From Eledone cirrhosa (lineage: Eukaryota), in the NCBI GenBank assembly GCA_964016885.1, contig OZ024745.1, positions 105,400,001-105,464,000 of the forward strand: DNA of 64,000 nt, written 5' to 3'. Positions 54,392 to 64,000 of the stretch are shown here, piece after piece. Below the pieces are notes generated by a model. It did not search any database. It saw only the letters and a program-made list of their open reading frames with translations, and was not told where the DNA came from. Within the stretch, counting starts at the first letter, position 1, and each line of letters begins with the position of its first letter. Both the position numbers and the translations under genes were made by a program.

Positions 54392-54770
54392 TGTATGTAT
54401 GTATGTATGTATGTATGTATGTATGTATGTATGTATGTATGCATTTATTTATGTTGATAGATGGATCGATATAGAGACACTTATAAACACATATACACGC
54501 CTACTCATGTATGCAGCTCTGTGAGAGTGCATGCGTTGTGAGTTAGTGTGTGTATGGATGTTTATCTCTTATATATATATATAAACCACAAATCTATATG
54601 TATGTATGTATGTATATATGTATGTATGTATGTATGTATGCATTTATTTATATGTTGATAGATGGATCGATATAGAGACACTTATAAACACATATACACG
54701 CCTACTCATGTATGCAGCTCTGTGAGAGTGCATGTGTTGTGAGTTTGTGTGTGTATGGATGTTTATCTCT
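54347..54770 (+). repeat. Local tandem duplication bounded by microsatellites
   Basis: aaaccacaaatctata...gcatttatt...gatgtttatctct occurs twice (54347, 54582). Confidence 0.85.
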
Positions 54771-55056
54771 ATACGTACACAAATATATTTAAAAATAAAA
54801 CAAAAAGTATAAGGAATAAGATTTTCTTTAAAGTGGAGGTAATTTTATGGCATATCTTTCTTAAACTGTAAATTTAATTTCACATTTCTTGTCCCACTTG
54901 AAAACCAAAAATTCAGATTTTACTATAAGATCAAAAGAATAAAATTTATATTTATTTAATAAAATATGCAAAATATTTAATAAAATACTCATAAATCTAT
55001 CGTGTTTCAACTACATTTAGCTGAAGGTTTGACGTCTGATATATTTATAGACATCC

Positions 55057-55125
<69 letters not shown>

Positions 55126-55198
55126 CATCATATATATATATATATATCATCATCATCATGATATGTATATATATATATATATATATATCATCATCATC

Positions 55199-55230
<32 letters not shown>

Positions 55231-55245
55231 CATCATCATCATATG

Positions 55246-55276
<31 letters not shown>

Positions 55277-55347
55277 ATATATATATATATATATACATAC
55301 ATATATACATATATATATATATAATGTATAAAAATCAATACAATATA

Positions 55348-55425
55348 ATTACCTCATTACCAGAGGTTTCCCGAATGAGGCGAATACGAAAGAAATGTCT
55401 TCATTCGTTCGTCAGACGAGGCAAT
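55348..55425 (-). ncRNA. Type I hammerhead ribozyme
   Basis: AUUGCCUCGU CUGACGA A-CGAAUGA...UCAUUCG-G GAAA CC-UCU-GG UA AUGAGGUAAU; 10-bp stem I, 7-bp stem II. Confidence 0.85.
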
Positions 55426-55547
55426 ATAAAACATGGCTAAATACTTGGAAAGTCTCATCAAGAAAAGCAAAAAAAAAAAAAAAAAAATTAATTATATAAA
55501 TATAGATAAATATATATATATATATAATGTATATATATATATATATA

Positions 55548-55722
55548 ACGAACGAAATGTGGTATGGAACCAGATGGACCATAACGCACCAGAGTACTCA
55601 GGGTAGTAGAGTTGGTAATAGGAAAAAGTATGACGCCGACGGCTAATTCTGGACGAAATTTCAGTCCAGAAATAGCCGTCGAAACGGTTTGAGCTCTACC
55701 GTCGGGGTCATACTTTTTCCTA
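55548..55722. mobile_element. Fold-back insert between (TA)n tracts; related fragment at 63647-63705
   Basis: Arms 55619-55654 / 55664-55722; the left arm lacks the segment between two cgacgg repeats. Confidence 0.75.
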
Positions 55723-55723
55723 A

Positions 55724-55759
<36 letters not shown>

Positions 55760-55837
55760 TAATAAATATGTTCGCATGTATAACTATCCACCTCTCTATT
55801 TCTACCTCTTCATCTCCATCTCTCCCACCTCTCTTTC

Positions 55838-55909
<72 letters not shown>

Positions 55910-56075
55910 CATACAAACATATATGAATAGACGCATATATACACACACAGACGCATACAAACACTTCTAAACAAGGAAGGTACACACACATGTGTTTCAA
56001 CTATTTCACTTGTGTTTGAAAAGGGAATATTCCATTTGTTGTTCATTGAACTTCATCAAAACGTTCCAATGTATC

Positions 56076-56357
56076 GCACACACGCACACACACATACACA
56101 CACACACACACACGCACGCACGCACACGCACATACACACACACGCACGCACACGCACATACACACACACGCACACACGCGCGCATACACACACACGCACG
56201 CACACGCACATACACACACACGCACACACGCGCGCATACAATCACACATGCACGCACACGCACGCACACACACACACACGCATGCACGCCAACACACAGA
56301 CACACACACACACGCACGCGCACATACACACACACTCACGCACGCACACACGCACAC

Positions 56358-56395
<38 letters not shown>

Positions 56396-56406
56396 CGCAT
56401 ACACAC
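56076..56406. repeat. (CA)n/(CACG)n microsatellite
   Basis: Direct reading. Confidence 0.95.
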
Positions 56407-56822
56407 GCTCTCAAACTGTCAGCAAACAACACACAAAAACAAGATGGTGTCGGACAGAACAAAGGAGAGACAAAATATAATAAATCCGTCACTGAGGAGG
56501 TCACAGAATGTGTGACGAAAATGCTTTGTAAATAAATAAACAACAATCCCGTTATTAAACCAACCAACCAGCCGGTATTCGTGCCACCTCATTACGCGCA
56601 CTCAGTTCAAATCTCGCCGAGGTCAACATGGCTTTCATCCTTTCGAGGTCGATAAAAAAAGTACCAGTCTAGTACTGGGGTCGATTCCTTTTCACGCGTA
56701 GTCAAAGAGTGTTGCAGGGCAGAACGAAAAAGTCTGTAGTTTAGTGTCGATCCTGGCTAAGCCGTGGCTGCAGCAGCAGAAGCAGCAGTAGCAGCAGCAG
56801 CAGCACCACCACCACCACCACC

Positions 56823-56854
<32 letters not shown>

Positions 56855-56927
56855 CAACAACAATAGCGAAGTCTTAGGTTAAATGCCGTTTGTCTTTTTA
56901 TTACCGTGTAGAAACCTCGTTTTCTTC

Positions 56928-57464
<537 letters not shown>

Positions 57465-57466
<2 letters not shown>

Positions 57467-57830
57467 AAGGCGGGTAAAATTCCCGAGATCCATGGACGAG
57501 TTCTCTCCAGCGGTTTCTGTCCCTCATTATCGCTGCCATGGCCTGCGTCTCCAGCAGACCAGTGTCTGTCCTTAGGGCATCAACATACGTTAACCTTGGT
57601 CTTCCTCTTCCTGTGTGTCCATGCAGGGGCTCCCAAAGGAGCACTGAGTGCAATGTCAACTCTGGATGTCGGTGAGCATGTCCAGCTAACCTCAGTCTCC
57701 TCTGTGTCACTTTTGAGCTGACTTTTGGGATGCTCCCATACAGCTCTAAGTTTTTCATCCTCAGTGTATACTGATTAATGTTCAGAGCCATCCTCAGCAT
57801 TCTCGTGTAGCACCCATCCACCATCTGAGT
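57465..57830 (-). mobile_element. RTE-clade LINE 3' end, same family as 14816-15357
   Basis: Near-identical peptide ending SREFYPP*, then (AT)n. Confidence 0.9.
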
Positions 57831-58222
57831 AAATATATATATTTACCTCATTTTATATATTCTCCAATCTATGTAGAGAAAAAAATTCATTGTTGCTTAC
57901 TGCTATTTCTTTAGCAGTAAAGCCAGCAACGCGTCTGTAATATTCCCGCCTTCACTAGCGGCCAGTTCACGTGTGGGTCACTTTAACGGCCATAACTCAT
58001 ACGGGCTGGTAGTTGGCATTATATTTGCAGGCTGTGTGATTTAGTCCTATAGGATGGAAATAGCTATCTGATGATCTTTACTTTTCCGTTAGAAATTCTC
58101 TGAATCTCTAATCTTTTGTAAAGCGAAACCGCCGGTAATAACATTATGAACAGGTAGATATTTAAATCATTTTAAAATTTATTTAAAGGATTGTTTAATG
58201 TTTGTTTGTTCTGCTCATCTCA

Positions 58223-58309
<87 letters not shown>

Positions 58310-58310
<1 letters not shown>

Positions 58311-59790
58311 TCAGTTATACTATCATTCACCAAACCATTAATAGTAGGCAGGCAGGCTAAATTCTCGGCTTCACTAATTAGATTATTACTGGCCGTCTCA
58401 ATATTACTAAATCCACCATCTGCAATGTTAGGAGGCCTTGTTTGGGTATCTAAGTTAGCGAGAATTAGTACATGCGAAGGTTTCTGTTATAGAGTGCTAA
58501 GAAGTCCGTCAGATTATATGTAGTCGAGAAGAATAGTTTAACGGAGTATTTGTTTATTACTTTATAATATTTATGTTTTACTGGAAAGTTTTTATCGACT
58601 ATGTCAAAGTGCAGCCTTGCGTATATTAGATGCGATTTGGAACGTGTAAGGATGGTCGAACCAAATACATTTTTTCTTCTATTTTCGTTTTTCTTAATTA
58701 GTAGATTCTGCAGGTTAGCTACAAGTGGGTCACTTCTATTATTAGGTCTATCATGTAGTGGTCTGAGATAAATTCAACATTTCTATTGCTAGGGTCGCTA
58801 TATAGGTTACGTTTACGAATCGGGCGACTATTGTTTAAACTAAGGTTCATATTCTTGATTTCCTGTTTAGCATTAGAGACTAGCAGAAGAGTGGTTAATT
58901 TGACGATCAACCTTATTGACATTAGAGCTACCTATAATGTAAGGTCTTTTATTGCGGCGGTTTCTTCTGTTATTAGTCCTATAAGATTTCACTAATTTCC
59001 TAGACCCATAATTGCAGCTATTGTTTTACGTCTCCTATATCTATTGCAAGTTATCGTGCTTCTAAACAACTATAAGACTTGGATGAAGGATACCCTCTTC
59101 CTATACCCTGATCCAGCGAGGGCTTCATTGAGGTATTGAGCGTTAAGGTCAACAGTCTTTTCGGGTGGTTTGAGTTCTTATGTTTATTGTAGAAGGACTC
59201 ACCCGGCCTATATGATTCCGTGTTTAGGTCTAATGTGACATCTAAGAATTTGACTATCCTAGTGATATTATTTATGGTTACACCTAAGTTGTACGCTTTA
59301 ATAAATAATCTGTGCATATGTTTTTTTTAATCCTCTTGAGTCCGGAGTTGCTAATAGCTATGAAAGAAAATAGAGCATCATCTCTGTACACGCCACCTTT
59401 CATAGTGAGGAATTTCATGATTAATTTGCGAAGCTGGAATAACCCAACTAGATCGGTGACCTGTGCAGTCACTCGATCCTATATTAATGTTGAAGTATAT
59501 TGGGACGATTACCTCTTGTCAGATGCTACCATAAAATTCTCTTTTAGTTCGTCTAGTGGCCAAGATAATGTCTACTTCTAACTTAGTGGTATGGGTGTAT
59601 TTTTTGGCCATCCTAAAGGCTTTTCTTTTACTATGTCTGGGGAGAGAGAAGCATAACAATTATCTATATCAAAGTGGACAGACGTAATATCCAATTTCCT
59701 ATCAATGTAAGGTAGTTAAACCAATTAATAACTTGATTGGTATTTCCCCATAAGTTAAGTGTTACCTTTTTACTAAAGGTTGGAACAGCG
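58310..59790 (-). pseudogene. Decayed Naiad-like PLE RT fragment
   Basis: LNLWGNTNQVINWFN, FDIDNCYASLS, QVTDLVGLF, GGVYRDDALF, FLDVTLDL, SNHP, IWFDHPY parallel the 5187 ORF. Confidence 0.8.
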
Positions 59791-59926
59791 AGAGAGAGAG
59801 AGAGAAAGATAGATAGATAGATTTCTTTATTTACCATAAAGGTATAAGAAGGGACAAATACAAAGGGGGAGTTTACATAAAACCGAGTAATAAGGGTAGA
59901 GAGAAAGATAGATAGATAGCTAGATA

Positions 59927-60001
<75 letters not shown>

Positions 60002-60509
60002 CAGTACTTTTCTCTATATTTTAATACATATATTTACCACTGCGATTCTGTGTTTTTTCTCTCTCTCTTACTGTTCCCCCATTCTCTCTGTTTCTCCCCC
60101 TCTGTCATGTCCTTTAACTCTTCCTCACACTTTCACTCACTCACTGTTTTTCTCTCTCTTCTCTTCATTTCATCCTGCACACCACGAACGCTATTTTTCT
60201 CTCTCTGCTCTTAGCCCTCGTTCGTGTAGGATCTATTCTCTAAGCGCTCATATATTCACCTAGCTTATGCTAAACATAATAATTTTTGAAGCTTGTTTCT
60301 GTCCCCTACGGTATGCTATACTTTCTGTTGTTCTCCTGTCTCACTCGCTTTACGCGTTTTAATTGTCCTAATAACTTATTTTGGTTATTATTGCACCGAC
60401 GTGAGATATATGATTTTTAATGCAATGAAATATCTATGATCTTCGGCAAATCACTGATGAGGGACTTATTTTATTACATGTTATCCATGTGCTACCTGCA
60501 GTATTTTTT

Positions 60510-60543
<34 letters not shown>

Positions 60544-61360
60544 GAGAGAGAGACTTCATGCAGAATATTCCTCTCAGACATTTCCGCCAGTATATATAAG
60601 TTATATAAATTTATCATATTGGTGATAGAAAGGCTTGGATGAAACTACAGCAATAACAAAAGTTTGATTTTGTTAATTTACTCTTAGCATAATTGTTCAA
60701 TTTTAAATTTACGCCATCCTGAAAATATAGCGCTTGTGGCATCGACATTTTGTTTTATAGATTGTGAGAATACTATAGAGAAATCAAAGAAGTAAATTAA
60801 TAATTATTGAGTTTGGTATATGAATGAAATAGAATTACTATCAGCGGATTTTGTTATTATTTATGGGACTGTGTTTTGAAAACTGAAGGAAATTGGAATT
60901 TAAAATAAAAAGGTAAAGGAATGTGGTATTAATTAGAATTGTGTTGGCTGATGAGGAATGGTGAATTGAGAGAAAAAGGTGATAGTCAATCAAAACAGAG
61001 AAGTGATAAAATTGTTAGAAAAGTCTTTTTCTTTTTAAAGATGAAAATACAAATAGTTATAGAAGTGAAACGAATTGGCTGTAAAACGAAATTTTATATT
61101 TAAGTAAAATAAATCGAAATTGGCGAATGGAATTGGAAGGGTAATAATAGTAAGAATGAAATATTGTACATTGGTTGCTGTTTTCAACAAACGATCGACA
61201 CAAAATGGATAACCTCTCATTTACATTAATGAATGTGGTATATTCGTGTATAGACATACATACATATGCACACAGATACATGCATAAACATATATTTATA
61301 CAGACATAAAGTTATATTTATTAGTATTTATATATATATATATACATATGTTTATATTTA

Positions 61361-62249
<889 letters not shown>

Positions 62250-62370
62250 CATACATATATATACATATATATATAAACATATATATGTATACATATATAC
62301 ATATATACATAAACATATATATGTATACATATATACATATATACATATATATACATATATATATATATAC

Positions 62371-62415
<45 letters not shown>

Positions 62416-62547
62416 CATATATATATACACACACACACACGTATATATATATATATATAGTGGTAGAACACTGGAAGGTAATATCCGTAGTGGTAAAGCA
62501 CTCCATGGGACGAGTTAGGTAGAAGTAGTAACACAACAGTTAGTTCA

Positions 62548-62597
62548 CCATACCGAGAACAATTGTTTCACCTTAGCGGATCATCAGCTCGTAATGG
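62548..62597 (-). ncRNA. Minimal type I hammerhead in a ~150-bp island between (TA)n tracts
   Basis: CGAG CUGAUGA UCC-GCUAA-GGU GAAA CAAUUG UU CUCG; palindromic AACAAUUGUU. Confidence 0.8.
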
Positions 62598-62658
62598 GCA
62601 TGGTTATACGTATATATATATAATATATATATATTAATATATATATATATATATATAC

Positions 62659-62756
<98 letters not shown>

Positions 62757-62912
62757 TATATATATATATACATATATATATACATATATATATACATATA
62801 TATACATATATATATACATATATATACTTATATATATATACATATGTATATAGATATATATATATATAGATAGATAAATATACACGGGTGTGTATGATTG
62901 TGTATAGAAGAT

Positions 62913-63254
62913 TATATTAATAAGAGGAATTCCTACTTTGTCTGATTTACTCGTTTTATTTACAATCCTTTAAAATTTATAATGGTATTATAATGAAATA
63001 GTATGATAGAATATTAAATGTTAAGTGTTAATTGAACAAGTACTTTCATGCTTTCACAATCTTCAGGTTCATAATGTGTGGTGACAGTAAAGTTTGCAAT
63101 TTTCAACTGTTGAAAGCATGAAAGTACTTGTTCAATTAACACTTAACATTTAATATTCTATCATACTATTTCATTATAATACCATTATAAATTTTAAAGG
63201 ATTGTAAATAAAACGAGTAAATCAGACAAAGTTGGAATTCCTCTTATTAATATA
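62913..63254. mobile_element. Fold-back with ~143-bp near-perfect arms
   Basis: Arms 62913-63056 / 63111-63254, about one mismatch seen. Confidence 0.9.
63033..63071 (-). ncRNA. 39-nt minimal type I hammerhead
   Basis: UGAAC CUGAAGA U-UGU-GAAA-GCA-U GAAA GUAC UU GUUCA; palindromic AAGUACUU. Confidence 0.82.
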
Positions 63255-63267
63255 CATATATATATAC

Positions 63268-63362
<95 letters not shown>

Positions 63363-63449
63363 TATACATACATATACATATGTATATATATGTATATATA
63401 TATGTATATATATATATATATATAGATACATATATATAAATATATATAC

Positions 63450-63500
<51 letters not shown>

Positions 63501-63536
63501 TCCATATATTATATATACACACACACATATATATAC

Positions 63537-63650
<114 letters not shown>

Positions 63651-63740
63651 AAAAAATATGACCCCGACGGCAGAGCTCAAGCCGTTTCGACGGCTATTTC
63701 TGGACATATATATATATATATTCCTATATATATATATAAT

Positions 63741-63865
63741 ATAGAGGTGGCTACTACAGGACTAGAACTGTTTCATTCGGGACAAATCTTCAGGGAGAAA
63801 TCATGGGCTTTCTTGACAATTTCTCCCGATTAAACAATTCTAGTCCTGTAGAAGCCATTTCTATA
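63741..63865. repeat. Diverged fold-back abutting (TA)n
   Basis: atagaggtggctactacaggactagaactgttt is mirrored by aaacaattctagtcctgtagaagccatttctat. Confidence 0.8.
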
Positions 63866-64000
63866 TCAAATATTTATACTCTGCTATATATTGAGTACCA
63901 TACTTACTGTAGTTACCCCCGATTGAACCCAGGATAAACGTATACATATATGGGCTGAACCAGTAGTAAGCAATAACTATTCGTGGACTTCTTTGAAATG

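Noticed and set aside
63757-63800. Minus-strand CUGAAGA...GAAACAGUU hammerhead-like core
   Set aside because: No stem I pairing and a poor stem II

Overview
AT-rich, microsatellite-saturated metazoan DNA, most likely from an octopod cephalopod (inferred from the SINE families). I found no confidently identifiable host gene, and most entries in the ORF track are microsatellite translations. Recognisable coding DNA is all transposon-derived. It comprises a Naiad-type Penelope-like element (PLE, 4894-10881) whose ~800-aa RT/GIY-YIG ORF is split by a 2.1-kb non-autonomous LTR element, a decayed Neptune-type PLE, a decayed second Naiad-like PLE, a Tx1/L1-like LINE lacking its RT core, R4/Dong-like LINE pieces and two RTE 3' ends. 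Non-coding repeats include non-autonomous Helitrons, a MITE, many tRNA-derived SINEs and an 88-bp x12 tandem array. The most unusual signal is structural: about 18 short fold-back (inverted-repeat) structures, mostly anchored in (TA)n/(CA)n tracts, and about a dozen type I hammerhead ribozyme motifs from several unrelated sequence families. Some of these share core variants (U.U at the base of stem II, one U3-A8). One sits in a non-coding ~0.73-kb retrozyme-like mini-element (61412-62143) that has full PLE terminal architecture. All folds and alignments were done by eye and need computational confirmation.
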